64,000 bases of DNA from an uncultured virus (IMG/VR IMGVR_UViG_3300040801_004110). Lineage: Duplodnaviria; Heunggongvirae; Uroviricota; Caudoviricetes. The stretch lies in the IMG/VR virus record IMGVR_UViG_3300040801_004110; one strand, written 5' to 3'. Under the pieces are notes generated by a model. The model saw nothing but the letters and a program-made list of their open reading frames with translations, was not told the DNA's origin and did not search any database. Below are positions 1 to 9,576 of the stretch, in pieces. Both the position numbers and the translations under genes were made by a program. Each line of letters opens with the position of its first letter. The stretch's first letter is position 1.

Positions 1-1
1 A

Positions 2-337
2 AATGATATATTAGAAAGCTATACACCAAAAAAACCTATATATGGATATCTAATCAGAGTAAGAAATAGGTTCGAAATATTAAAAAATGGAGAGCTTTAT
101 CATTTATATGTATATGGAGATTTAATAACAACATTTACTTATGATAGGGATGGTGATTTATCTCTATATATTAGAGATATATCAGAGACTTCACTTTATT
201 ATAATATTAAAAGCTACTACAGTATTACATTTAAATCGTCTAGTATTTATTTCTATCGAGACCTAGAATCTTTTTTGTATACTTACTTAACTAACTCTAT
301 AAAAGAACAACATAATGAACAGCATCAAGGAATTTAA
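2..337 (+). CDS. Partial hypothetical protein (5' truncated by window), probably N-terminal RxxKL-tag family
   Basis: Open frame 2 (NDILESYTPKK...) to TAA at 335-337; overlaps next family member. Confidence 0.6.
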   Translation, partial: NDILESYTPKKPIYGYLIRVRNRFEILKNGELYHLYVYGDLITTFTYDRDGDLSLYIRDISETSLYYNIKSYYSITFKSSSIYFYRDLESFLYTYLTNSIKEQHNEQHQGI

Positions 338-677
338 AAGGCTAGTAAAGTTAAGTGAGGTGTTAGATAGTGATATTGATAATTCACTGTATGCCTTTCT
401 TAATAAAATTTCTAATGGTCAATTCGAAAAAATAATTTATGAGGGCGTAGAAGAAGAAGTTTATACCTATGATGATGTTGTTTGGTTTTATAGGATTAAT
501 GGTAAATTTAGGGAAACTGAAAATTTCTCACATGAATATAATAGACTTTGTGATGATAATTACTATCATGTAATAGATGATAAAACTTACGGTGATTCCT
601 TTGAGAGAGTATTAAATTCAGAAGTGTTCATAGACAATTATATTGATTATTTATTGTCCAAGCACAACTACAAATAA
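315..677 (+). CDS. N-terminal RxxKL-tag protein
   Basis: MNSIKEFKRLVKLSEVLD. Confidence 0.8.
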   Translation: MNSIKEFKRLVKLSEVLDSDIDNSLYAFLNKISNGQFEKIIYEGVEEEVYTYDDVVWFYRINGKFRETENFSHEYNRLCDDNYYHVIDDKTYGDSFERVLNSEVFIDNYIDYLLSKHNYK

Positions 678-678
678 A

Positions 679-1086
679 ATGATAGATAGCCATTATAAAA
701 ACTACATGAGGATAGCTAAGTTAGAAAAACTAGATGGTAACGATAATAGCTATACAAAAACATACGATTTCTTAAAAAAAGTATGTGAAGAATCCGAGGT
801 AACTTCAACGGATTTAAAAGGATCACGCTCAAGGATAGTAAATTTTGGATATGATGATTGTTCATTCCTTAATTTTTTTATAAATAGAGGGATAACTTCT
901 AGTGTTAAAATAGATTACTATTACTTTTATGAGAAAATAGATTTGTCTGAATATTTTAATAAAATAGATCTTTTAAATTACAAATTAACACAAGATTTTT
1001 ATATTGAATTTATAGATTATTTTGTTTCTAAAGTTCTTATTGTAAAATTAAATGGTGAAAAAATAGATATTAGGGTACATTTCTAA
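679..1086 (+). CDS. N-terminal RxxKL-tag protein
   Basis: MIDSHYKNYMRIAKLEKLD; start moved from 643. Confidence 0.75.
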   Translation: MIDSHYKNYMRIAKLEKLDGNDNSYTKTYDFLKKVCEESEVTSTDLKGSRSRIVNFGYDDCSFLNFFINRGITSSVKIDYYYFYEKIDLSEYFNKIDLLNYKLTQDFYIEFIDYFVSKVLIVKLNGEKIDIRVHF

Positions 1087-1088
1087 TG

Positions 1089-1541
1089 TTACACCACACA
1101 ATCTTTTCTCACATACATTGTTACTTCATCACTTTCTAGTATTTTAAATCCATCAATATCCTTTACTATTTCTTCGAGTATATTGTTGACTAATCTAGAA
1201 AGGGGAATTTCATCTTCTGAAAAATCAAATAGGTCACTGGCTTCAAATTCTATATCAAGTTCGTCCAGAAAATCCTCTAATTGGTATTCTTCTAAAGTGT
1301 CATCCATGTCGTAATCGCTTAAGTCTAATATATTAAATTTAGACTCATCAAAACTATATTCGTTTACTACTGAATCACCTCCATATATTATTTTATTTAT
1401 ATCAGAATACTTTTTTGCTAAACTACTAGATCTAGTTATCCATATATAATCACTTTCATTTGTTTTATCAGTTACACCTCTATACCACTTTTTAGAGTTT
1501 TCGGTTATGAACTGTTCTAATGTTCTAATTATTTTTCTCAT
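1089..1541 (-). CDS. CTS-like leader protein, ADP-ribosyltransferase-like
   Basis: Leader MRKIIRTLEQFITE; WYRG and WITRSSSLAKKY motifs. Confidence 0.6.
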   Translation of the reverse strand: MRKIIRTLEQFITENSKKWYRGVTDKTNESDYIWITRSSSLAKKYSDINKIIYGGDSVVNEYSFDESKFNILDLSDYDMDDTLEEYQLEDFLDELDIEFEASDLFDFSEDEIPLSRLVNNILEEIVKDIDGFKILESDEVTMYVRKDCVV

Positions 1542-1545
1542 GTTC

Positions 1546-1561
1546 TATATATTAATATATA
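1546..1561. promoter_or_regulatory. Bidirectional putative late promoter
   Basis: Perfect palindrome TATATATTAATATATA between two divergent leader-bearing genes. Confidence 0.65.
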
Positions 1562-1565
1562 CCGT

Positions 1566-2225
1566 ATGAAATATCTGAAAACTTTCGAAAACTACGAAGA
1601 GTTATTTGATTATAACATGAGTGACATAAAAGCCATCTTAGAATTAAGAGGTTTAAATAACCCATCGATAGAATTCATTGGTGAGGGTAGCTACGGATCA
1701 GCATTTAAATTAAATGGTGATAAGGTGCTTAAAATAACAACTTTAGAGAATGAAATTTACTATGCTAACAAAATAAAGGATATATCCTCTGATAAAATAG
1801 TTAAAATATATGATGCTTTTTTCAATGAGTATTATGACATTGGATATAACGTGAAGAACCCATTCATAATTATGGAACACCTCGATACTGACATAGACCC
1901 ATCCCTTAGAAGGTTTGTAGATTATTTAAGTGCTAGAAATCCATTAAGTTCTAAAGTTAACACAGTAGAAAATGATGAGGTTATTTCTTATTTTAAAGAA
2001 TTACTTTATAAAGATGAGGATGAAATCTTAGAGTACTGGAATATTTATAAAGGTATTGTTAATGAGTGTTTAAAATATAACTTACCCATAGATGATCTAA
2101 GAGGAAATAACATTGGTTTGAGTAATGGCAATTATAAATTTTTTGACATATCTAACATACACACTTCTAAAGATTATGATTACAGTGATATAGATGTGGT
2201 CAAACACTATCCATATTCTTTATAA
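1566..2225 (+). CDS. CTS-like leader protein, protein-kinase-like fold
   Basis: MKYLKTFENYEE; GEGSYG, KVLK, IIMEHL, DLRGNNIG, FFD. Confidence 0.8.
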   Translation: MKYLKTFENYEELFDYNMSDIKAILELRGLNNPSIEFIGEGSYGSAFKLNGDKVLKITTLENEIYYANKIKDISSDKIVKIYDAFFNEYYDIGYNVKNPFIIMEHLDTDIDPSLRRFVDYLSARNPLSSKVNTVENDEVISYFKELLYKDEDEILEYWNIYKGIVNECLKYNLPIDDLRGNNIGLSNGNYKFFDISNIHTSKDYDYSDIDVVKHYPYSL

Positions 2226-2619
2226 AATATCTTTCAAAACACGTTCTTTCAGGTATTGGTATAATATATAACTGCTTAAGAGCAACACTATAATCCACAT
2301 AACCTAATTTTGTAAAAACTTCCTCTAGTACTGTCTCTAATGCTGATATGGTTATAACCTTACTCATAAAATACTGTTCATATACTTCATCGCTTATATC
2401 TATACATTTTAATTCTTTCTTTATCTTAATATAGAAACCAAATTCATTAAATATGTATATGGTCTTTTCTTCAATTATGTCAAGAGGCTCGAATATGTAC
2501 AAATCGTCAAGTAAGTATCTTATAAAATAATCGATTCTTTGGCAAGACATACTAACATCAGAAATGCCTAAATTTTCTATTTTTTTATTTCTGAAATATA
2601 CTTTTGGATCTTTTATCAT
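2200..2619 (-). CDS. N-terminal RxxKL-tag protein
   Basis: KVYFRNKKIENLG. Confidence 0.7.
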   Translation of the reverse strand: MIKDPKVYFRNKKIENLGISDVSMSCQRIDYFIRYLLDDLYIFEPLDIIEEKTIYIFNEFGFYIKIKKELKCIDISDEVYEQYFMSKVITISALETVLEEVFTKLGYVDYSVALKQLYIIPIPERTCFERYFIKNMDSV

Positions 2620-2647
2620 TTATTTATTTATTTTTTGCCATTTCTTC

Positions 2648-2944
2648 TTAATCTACCAGATTATAATATTTAAAATTATATCCATTTTTTTCAGATATTT
2701 TTTTAAATATAAGTACACTTAGAAAAACACTAGTTTCACTATCTTCTTCTGAGAAAACCCTGCTTAGCTCACTGTAGACAGAAAATGATAATGCTATACA
2801 TTGATCAGATATATGATAATACTTTCCATCTTTATTTTCAACCACTGTGTCTATAAAATTACTAATGCTTAAATAAGGCTCGTATAACTCTTCGCCTAAA
2901 GCTAAGCTTATTTTTATTTGCCTTTTATAATCTTTAATAGTCAT
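2648..2944 (-). CDS. N-terminal RxxKL-tag protein
   Basis: MTIKDYKRQIKISLALG; promoter CAAATATA at 2962-2969. Confidence 0.75.
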   Translation of the reverse strand: MTIKDYKRQIKISLALGEELYEPYLSISNFIDTVVENKDGKYYHISDQCIALSFSVYSELSRVFSEEDSETSVFLSVLIFKKISEKNGYNFKYYNLVD

Positions 2945-3101
2945 GTATCTATTTATTTACGCAAATATAAACATAAAAGAAACATGCCTTTTTCTTTAAA
3001 TGTTAATGTAATGTTAAAATAGTAAACAAAACCTGATATTATTCATATATTTGCAGAGGAATCGTTTAAGAGATTTAACGTTCAAATTTACTTATTTAAC
3101 T

Positions 3102-3133
3102 AAAAAGCACCTTCCCGAGGTGCTTTTTTTTTT
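3102..3133 (+). terminator. Intrinsic terminator
   Basis: AAAAAGCACCT-TCCCG-AGGTGCTTTTT plus T run. Confidence 0.8.
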
Positions 3134-3145
3134 AATTTAAAACTT

Positions 3146-3880
3146 ATGAAAAGGAAAGCATTTTTAGAGAAGATAAATGGTATGTGGTTAGACGACTTCG
3201 TTTACATATCTTTATTCCCATTGTATAACAGAGGGTTCGAAATTGTTGAATTTGATAGCGATGATTTAGAAAACACACTTAATCCTTCCAAGGAAGATAT
3301 AATTATCGGTAGTGTGCAATCAACTGAGTACTTCTTCAAAAAAATAGGTATGGAAATACCCAAATACCTTGGATACCCAGAATCACTAAAACCTTATATG
3401 GGTCGAAATGTTTACAAAACCAAATTTGGTGATATAGACTCAAAGTTTCCTTATTTTATAAAACCAAGTATTGGTGTGAAATCTTTCACAGGAACACTTA
3501 TAGAAAGCGAGGATACTATTAAATTTTTAAAAGACTTTGATAACTTAAACAATGATACAGAAGTTTGGTATTCTGATGCTGTTGATTTTATAACAGAGTA
3601 TAGATGCTTTGTACATAAGGATGAATTAGTAGGCATTAAAAACTACACAGGGGACTTTAAAGTATTTCCTGATGTAAGTGTTATAAATAATATGATAAGT
3701 GCTTACAAAGGCTCTCCATGCTCTTACACACTAGATGTTGGTGTAGACAACAATGGCAATACCTTACTCGTTGAGGTTAATGATATGTGGGCTATTGGGT
3801 CGTACGGACTAGATGGGAAAACATATGTTAGGATGTGTATTGATAGACTTATAGAATTAAAAGGGAAATATATTAAATAA
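3146..3880 (+). CDS. ATP-grasp domain protein (DUF4343/R2K-like)
   Basis: FIKP..KSFTG, EYRCFV, YTLDVG, LVEVND motifs. Confidence 0.8.
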   Translation: MKRKAFLEKINGMWLDDFVYISLFPLYNRGFEIVEFDSDDLENTLNPSKEDIIIGSVQSTEYFFKKIGMEIPKYLGYPESLKPYMGRNVYKTKFGDIDSKFPYFIKPSIGVKSFTGTLIESEDTIKFLKDFDNLNNDTEVWYSDAVDFITEYRCFVHKDELVGIKNYTGDFKVFPDVSVINNMISAYKGSPCSYTLDVGVDNNGNTLLVEVNDMWAIGSYGLDGKTYVRMCIDRLIELKGKYIK

Positions 3881-3960
3881 ATCCAATCTTTTTTTATATA
3901 TTTGCATGAGGATACAAATAAGTATTTTAGAATTTAATATATAATAAAAAAAGTATTAAT

Positions 3961-4242
3961 ATGAAAAGAGTATCAAAATTTAATGAATTTGGTAACAATT
4001 CTATAAATGAAAATAAATTCTATACAGATCTTGATTTCGAGAGTAAAGAAGAATATTTTGATTATTTTGTAGCCACTATGGATAATGGTCAAAGTACCCA
4101 ACTTAGAAAAATGACCAAAACATTACTAGATGAAGGTGAGCTAGAATCAGCATTATCTTATATAGAGTCTAATTACGAAAGTAATTGTGGTGAAATTAAA
4201 GATAAAGTTATTTCTTATCTTATTGAGTTGTTAGAAAAATAG
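3961..4242 (+). CDS. CTS-like leader protein
   Basis: MKRVSKFNEF...SINE; TAATATATA at 3935-3943. Confidence 0.7.
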   Translation: MKRVSKFNEFGNNSINENKFYTDLDFESKEEYFDYFVATMDNGQSTQLRKMTKTLLDEGELESALSYIESNYESNCGEIKDKVISYLIELLEK

Positions 4243-4262
4243 TTAGAAAACAAATTAAGATT

Positions 4263-4297
4263 AAATCCGAATATGTGTATGCGTGTTCGGATTTTTT
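4263..4297 (+). terminator. Intrinsic terminator
   Basis: AAATCCGAA...TTCGGATTTTTT hairpin. Confidence 0.65.
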
Positions 4298-4323
4298 AGT
4301 ATATTTGATTTAAATATTAATAT

Positions 4324-4512
4324 ATGTTAAGAATTCATAAAGATTCAGAAGGTACTACAAAATGGTATAAAGGTGATAATCTTCACAGAGAAGGTGGTCC
4401 TGCTATAGAAACACCAAATTCACATGGCTTGTATTTTCTTAATGGTGTTCAGTATGAACCAAGTGAATATAAAAAAATTATGAGAAATAAAAAATTAGAT
4501 AGTATCCTATGA
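4324..4512 (+). CDS. LHREDGPA-repeat protein with C-terminal RxxKL tag
   Basis: LHREGGPAIE; ends YKKIMRNKKLDSIL. Confidence 0.8.
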   Translation: MLRIHKDSEGTTKWYKGDNLHREGGPAIETPNSHGLYFLNGVQYEPSEYKKIMRNKKLDSIL

Positions 4513-4758
4513 TGGATTTTGTCTATGCCAAACTTCTGCTTGATCTATCATTTCCACCATATCTAACAAATTTTCCCTAGTCAGTTTTAAATATGAATAA
4601 TCTCCTGCATCTACTTCAGCACATCCATTATCCGAAAATTTAATAACGAAACTATCTGAATCACCATCTTTTATCGAAGCATTTGGAATATTACCATCGA
4701 ATGATAGTTTACATTCATTGGGTTCAATACTTAATTTGAATTTATCTATTTTATCCAT
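4507..4758 (-). CDS. Hypothetical protein
   Basis: ORF in compact minus-strand operon. Confidence 0.65.
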   Translation of the reverse strand: MDKIDKFKLSIEPNECKLSFDGNIPNASIKDGDSDSFVIKFSDNGCAEVDAGDYSYLKLTRENLLDMVEMIDQAEVWHRQNPS

Positions 4759-4763
4759 TATAT

Positions 4764-4946
4764 TTATTTAAAATTTTCATCTAGTTCAAAGTGTTCACAT
4801 GTTTGCCACTTGGGATCTGTTATACTGCAATTGTCTTTATGAAAGTTGCAGTTATATTTGGCATAGGATTCTTTACTCTCTACTTGTTCTATTGAAAAGT
4901 TACTACAATTCCAACACTTATAGAATTTATTACAATTATCCTCCAT
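4764..4946 (-). CDS. Small Cys-rich protein
   Basis: CxxC...C...C pattern. Confidence 0.6.
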   Translation of the reverse strand: MEDNCNKFYKCWNCSNFSIEQVESKESYAKYNCNFHKDNCSITDPKWQTCEHFELDENFK

Positions 4947-4947
4947 T

Positions 4948-5139
4948 CTATTTTAATTTTGTTACTACTTCCATATCATCAACTATAATAGTGTTATAGT
5001 ACCCATCCTCATACATACCTCTTGCTTTATTACAAGCAAGTTGTATTAAATCTTCTTCTGTTATTTCCACATCTTGATATTTGCTCTCATGATCGTTTTT
5101 GAGGTAAACTGTTGCTTTTATCATAATAATATTTTTCAC
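4948..5139 (-). CDS. Hypothetical protein
   Basis: ORF in operon; start uncertain. Confidence 0.55.
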   Translation of the reverse strand: MKNIIMIKATVYLKNDHESKYQDVEITEEDLIQLACNKARGMYEDGYYNTIIVDDMEVVTKLK

Positions 5140-5222
5140 AAAAGTACATATAATTCTTGGACATAAATATCATTTAGATAAATATTAACTAAAACAAAAT
5201 TAACTAATTATATATAAGACTA

Positions 5223-5531
5223 ATGATAGAAATTATAAAGGATGATATCAAGGCTAAAAAAGACTTATCAATAATAGGCAGTGTTGGTGATAGTGTAGTT
5301 TATACATTATTGTGTCATGTAAATGGTAAATTCTATAGACTTATGAAACCTTTAAAAAAAGACCTAGAGAGAATAACATATAAAGAGTTCATGAACATAT
5401 TAACCGATTCTATTGATAACATCATTTTTTATAAAACTGAGGATATTTTTTACAATAATGTATCAATGGAAAAAATAAAACAAGCTGATAACAATCATAG
5501 AATTAATATACTAAAATCACTAGGAATTTAA
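5223..5531 (+). CDS. Hypothetical protein, weak C-terminal tag
   Basis: Ends HRINILKSLGI; TATATA upstream. Confidence 0.65.
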   Translation: MIEIIKDDIKAKKDLSIIGSVGDSVVYTLLCHVNGKFYRLMKPLKKDLERITYKEFMNILTDSIDNIIFYKTEDIFYNNVSMEKIKQADNNHRINILKSLGI

Positions 5532-5558
5532 TAGGTAAATAATTAAAAATATAGATAT

Positions 5559-5795
5559 ATGGAAACTTGTACAATAGATAGTGACAAAGGAAGTTTTAGA
5601 TGGAATACTGAATACTACCATCAAGACAATGCTTTCACAATGACTGATTTTTTAGAAAATCGTTTAGATGGTTGTGTTATTATAGAAGAAGATGGAAGCT
5701 ATGCAGAAGTTGAATATAATGGAGTCACATATGCTTTATACGCATCTGGGGATGGTGATAGCTTTAATCATATAGTAGAGTGGAATAGGTTGTAG
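5559..5795 (+). CDS. Hypothetical protein
   Basis: Clean ORF. Confidence 0.65.
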   Translation: METCTIDSDKGSFRWNTEYYHQDNAFTMTDFLENRLDGCVIIEEDGSYAEVEYNGVTYALYASGDGDSFNHIVEWNRL

Positions 5796-5802
5796 TTAAT
5801 GA

Positions 5803-5851
5803 ATTCGACTCTAAGCTCGAATTTGGTAATATTCGATTTTAGGCTCGAATT
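5803..5851. repeat. Tandem pair of palindromic ATTCGA-N8-TCGAAT units
   Basis: Units at 5803 and 5831, 28-bp period. Confidence 0.75.
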
Positions 5852-5857
5852 AAAAAC

Positions 5858-5890
5858 AAAAAACCCACTAAATTATTTAGTGGGTTTTTT
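5858..5890. terminator. Bidirectional terminator
   Basis: AAAAAACCCACTAAAT/ATTTAGTGGGTTTTTT between convergent genes. Confidence 0.85.
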
Positions 5891-5911
5891 ATTTAGGCTA
5901 AAGAGTAAGAA

Positions 5912-8314
5912 TTAAGATTCAACCTTACTTTTTGTTTTAGAGCCTGAACCATTAGGAAATTTTTTATCCCCTTTAATTTCTTTGATCCTTTCTCTTTCTT
6001 CTCTTTCTTCTTGCTCTTTTTTATATTCGATATGACTCTCTCTTAATTTTTCAACATCTTTGCTATTTGAAATAAGTGAATCAGCCATTAAGTTTAAAGA
6101 TAAGTTGATATAAGATCCGTACACCTCAACAAATTTGGTATTACCTTGGACTGATAAACCATATTCATCAGTATAATTGATCTTATAACAATGTTTAAAA
6201 GCTTCCTCATTAAGCATTTTATAAACACGTGAAAAGATATGTTCTTTGCTTTTACCATTTTCTGCAAAAGTGTAGATCTTAGGATTTGCATTATTAAGTA
6301 AAATCTTTTTCTTACTAGAACTCCATTTAACTAGGCATTTTCTATCGTTTTCTTCTGTGAAGTATATTTTATCATCTTCTTTTAAAGACCCAGTATTTCC
6401 ACCACCACTTCCAGAGTTACCACCACTAGAAGATTCGCCTTTTGGTGTGTCAACAGTAAAATCAAGCTCATACATTTTCTCACCAACTCTAACATGGTTT
6501 TTCCTTCTAGGATAGTGACTTGGGATTTGAGGTTTATATTCTTCTTCATCGATTATTTCTAACTCATTTATACCCTTACCGTCTTTACAAAGCTCCCTTG
6601 TGGTTATCTCATATATACCATCTTTAGTTGGGTGTCTTGTAATTGCCACACCAGGCTTTTCAGTCTCTATATCCATACCAGTTATTTGCTTTCTATCATC
6701 ATCAACAAATGTAACTTGTATTCTTTCATCAATAAGACCAACAGGAACTTTCTTTAAATATGAATTTTTATCCACTTTCGCATTTATGAAATCAGGAATT
6801 TTTCTTAAAGAAGATTCTTGAACGATTGCATATAACTTGTCAAGTTTAACCTTACTTTTTGAATCTGAATAACTCAGAAGTCCCATATCTTTCTCAGGTG
6901 GCATGAAGTCTTTAATATAAGAATTATACTCCTGTAAAGTTTCACAGTTATCAAAATTAGCTTTTTCCATAATAGCAGATATAGCCTTTTTCATAACATG
7001 TTGTGAAGATACATAGAAAACATTATCAATAGATCCAATGTCATCCATGTCATTAACATCATGTAGTACAATTTTCATTGTAACACTAGGGACCCATTTG
7101 TTTATTCTGTTAAAATCTTCTGGTTTTAAATATTTAAAAGAATTGCCTAAATACTCTTTCAATTTACTAATATTAACATCCCATTGTTTAGAGATCAATG
7201 GTCTATTAGCACCCATGCTTTCAAAGCTGTGACGAGATGCTTTATGGCTTTCAGCATAGCATATTTCCTCACTATACCTACCAGAGTTATTACTACCCAT
7301 GTCTAAATCATTGTAAACAAATAATCCGTGACTGTTGTAGTCAGTGATATCCTGAATAGTCTTATGACCATAGTAGTATGGTTTTGTAATTGATTCACCC
7401 TCTGGTTCATGTATCAATCTAAGCTTCTCTCTAGATAAAAGTGCTTTTTCTTTACCCTCATAGGTGATATTAGGCTGAACCTCAAGAGTTACAGTGGCGT
7501 TAAGATTAATAACCTTACTACCATCATCTTTAAATTGTACATTTTTAACAGGAATCTCAAATTTCTTTATACAGAAATCATCTCTCAGGGATACCTTTTT
7601 CATTTCAGCCTTGTGTCTAGATCTCAAAGGATTATTTTCATCAAAGCCAGTCTGGACATTATAATGTATCTTATTGCCTTTATTAACCCAATCTTGTGCT
7701 TGGTCTGTAAAGTTCATAAAATTATTTATACGTTTATCTGAAGTTGGGCTTTCACCACCTATTTTAAATAAAGGATTATCCAATCTATAAATGTAGATAA
7801 CAGTGAAATCTTGGTAGACATCTATTACTTTATCCCTTCCATTGTCATATAGAAGCTTGGCTAGAAAATCATTCCATTCATCAGACTTTACTTTTTCTTG
7901 TAATTTAATACCGTTTTTATCCTTAAAGGAAAGGCTTGTGGTGTTAATACCGTCCTGACACTTAGAATGTATTAAATATTCGGCTGTGTCTTTATTAACA
8001 GACATAACAGACATAACAGCCTTACCGCCACTACCCTGAACACCATTCCCACCAGTCTTATTAAACTCCATAGAATCTAACATAGATTGTTCGTCTAAAA
8101 AGGGCGTTCCGTTGTGTCCAAAAGCAACATAGGGCTTATTGTCCTTCATAAAGTGAAACATATGTACCATAGTTGCACCGTGGTCTTTGGCATTATGGAA
8201 GCACTCCCTGTATGTTATAGCTATGGGGTTTGTTAATTGATGAGCTTTCGCAGCATACAATCTTTGTTGATCCATTGTTGATGTGTAGACCTTCTTTTTT
8301 CTTGGTTTATTCAT
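5912..8314 (-). CDS. Large divergent GHKL/MORC-like ATPase
   Basis: ECFHNAKD, GHNG, GVQGSGGKA Bergerat-like motifs; Gly/Ser linker; charged C-terminus. Confidence 0.6.
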   Translation of the reverse strand: MNKPRKKKVYTSTMDQQRLYAAKAHQLTNPIAITYRECFHNAKDHGATMVHMFHFMKDNKPYVAFGHNGTPFLDEQSMLDSMEFNKTGGNGVQGSGGKAVMSVMSVNKDTAEYLIHSKCQDGINTTSLSFKDKNGIKLQEKVKSDEWNDFLAKLLYDNGRDKVIDVYQDFTVIYIYRLDNPLFKIGGESPTSDKRINNFMNFTDQAQDWVNKGNKIHYNVQTGFDENNPLRSRHKAEMKKVSLRDDFCIKKFEIPVKNVQFKDDGSKVINLNATVTLEVQPNITYEGKEKALLSREKLRLIHEPEGESITKPYYYGHKTIQDITDYNSHGLFVYNDLDMGSNNSGRYSEEICYAESHKASRHSFESMGANRPLISKQWDVNISKLKEYLGNSFKYLKPEDFNRINKWVPSVTMKIVLHDVNDMDDIGSIDNVFYVSSQHVMKKAISAIMEKANFDNCETLQEYNSYIKDFMPPEKDMGLLSYSDSKSKVKLDKLYAIVQESSLRKIPDFINAKVDKNSYLKKVPVGLIDERIQVTFVDDDRKQITGMDIETEKPGVAITRHPTKDGIYEITTRELCKDGKGINELEIIDEEEYKPQIPSHYPRRKNHVRVGEKMYELDFTVDTPKGESSSGGNSGSGGGNTGSLKEDDKIYFTEENDRKCLVKWSSSKKKILLNNANPKIYTFAENGKSKEHIFSRVYKMLNEEAFKHCYKINYTDEYGLSVQGNTKFVEVYGSYINLSLNLMADSLISNSKDVEKLRESHIEYKKEQEEREERERIKEIKGDKKFPNGSGSKTKSKVES

Positions 8315-8366
8315 TATTATCTAATTTAAATTAATATACTTATTTATGTAGAAGAATACAAAAGAA

Positions 8367-8726
8367 TTATATATCTTCTGATTCTTTTATAATACCAACA
8401 GTTCTTATGAAATCATCTATAAAGAAATCTAAAAATCCGCTTTCCCACCCAAGGCTGTCTACTTCTATATCATCAGAATGCAATCTTGAATTCAAAACAA
8501 ATTTCCAGTAAAAAAACTTATCATGTATGTTATGTGCTAAGCCATCTAATTTCATGTCAACTTTATAATCATAGACACCGTTGTATCCACCATCATAAGT
8601 GATTTTAAAATTATCACCTTTTCTAACTATATCAAAGTCATTGCTGTTGTTAAGCAACATTAGCATTGATATAACATCTTCTTTATTGTTGTTAAATTTC
8701 AGGTTATACTTTTCTGTATCTTTCAT
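8367..8726 (-). CDS. Hypothetical protein
   Basis: Operonic ORF. Confidence 0.65.
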   Translation of the reverse strand: MKDTEKYNLKFNNNKEDVISMLMLLNNSNDFDIVRKGDNFKITYDGGYNGVYDYKVDMKLDGLAHNIHDKFFYWKFVLNSRLHSDDIEVDSLGWESGFLDFFIDDFIRTVGIIKESEDI

Positions 8727-8938
8727 TCTTCATTTTTTTCAAAATCCCCATCAGCATCACAATGTTCTGGTGGGTATCCATATTTTCTAATATTCCAATG
8801 TCTTAAAGGTCTGTTTATAGCATATTTTATAACACTAGCTGGTACTCCTAATATTAGAGCAACCATTATCCAGTAGCCTACAAATGTCCAGAATCCACCG
8901 CTTACACTTTCTTTGATAATTTCATGTATTGTTTCCAT
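8723..8938 (-). CDS. Small membrane protein
   Basis: One hydrophobic segment. Confidence 0.65.
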   Translation of the reverse strand: METIHEIIKESVSGGFWTFVGYWIMVALILGVPASVIKYAINRPLRHWNIRKYGYPPEHCDADGDFEKNEE

Positions 8939-8945
8939 ATCTTAA

Positions 8946-9155
8946 TTATTTAGGTTCTACTAAAATTTCAATTACTTTGAAATCATTTTCGAAATCTTCA
9001 ATCGACTTTCTGAATCTATGAGAGGTATCTACATTTTCAATATAGTACGTGACACCTGTTACCTCAACTATTTTTAACTTCATATAGTTTTTTTCATTGG
9101 ATGCTCTTGCACCTTTAACTATAACTTCACTTCCCTCTTTTAATTTATTTTCCAT
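8946..9155 (-). CDS. Hypothetical protein
   Basis: Operonic ORF. Confidence 0.6.
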   Translation of the reverse strand: MENKLKEGSEVIVKGARASNEKNYMKLKIVEVTGVTYYIENVDTSHRFRKSIEDFENDFKVIEILVEPK

Positions 9156-9160
9156 ATTAA

Positions 9161-9358
9161 TTATTTTAATTTTTCTATAGCTTTTTTTAGATTGGCTACA
9201 TCCTCTTTCAATCCTTTAATTATTTGTTCATGGTTGTATTCCCATTCTAAAGATGGATTATTAATATTATTTTCTGCCATTTGGCAATATCTAAATAGTT
9301 GTTCTTTTTGTTCTATTCTTTTCCTAATACTATTTCTTGCTTCGCTCATTGAGTCCAT
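9161..9358 (-). CDS. Hypothetical coiled-coil protein
   Basis: Operonic ORF. Confidence 0.6.
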   Translation of the reverse strand: MDSMSEARNSIRKRIEQKEQLFRYCQMAENNINNPSLEWEYNHEQIIKGLKEDVANLKKAIEKLK

Positions 9359-9576
9359 ACTTGTTATTTATTATCAGCTATATACTGTGTAACAACATTT
9401 TCAACAGTAGGATCAAACTCATCACCTGACTGGACAATTTGTAAATGTCCATAATTATCAATGTGATTTTCCATCACATATCTTAAGAACTTTTCGTAAT
9501 CTTCTCTTTCCATCATTTATAATTTTATGCAAATATAAACAAAAATTTCTAATTACATATAATAAAAAAGAAAAAT

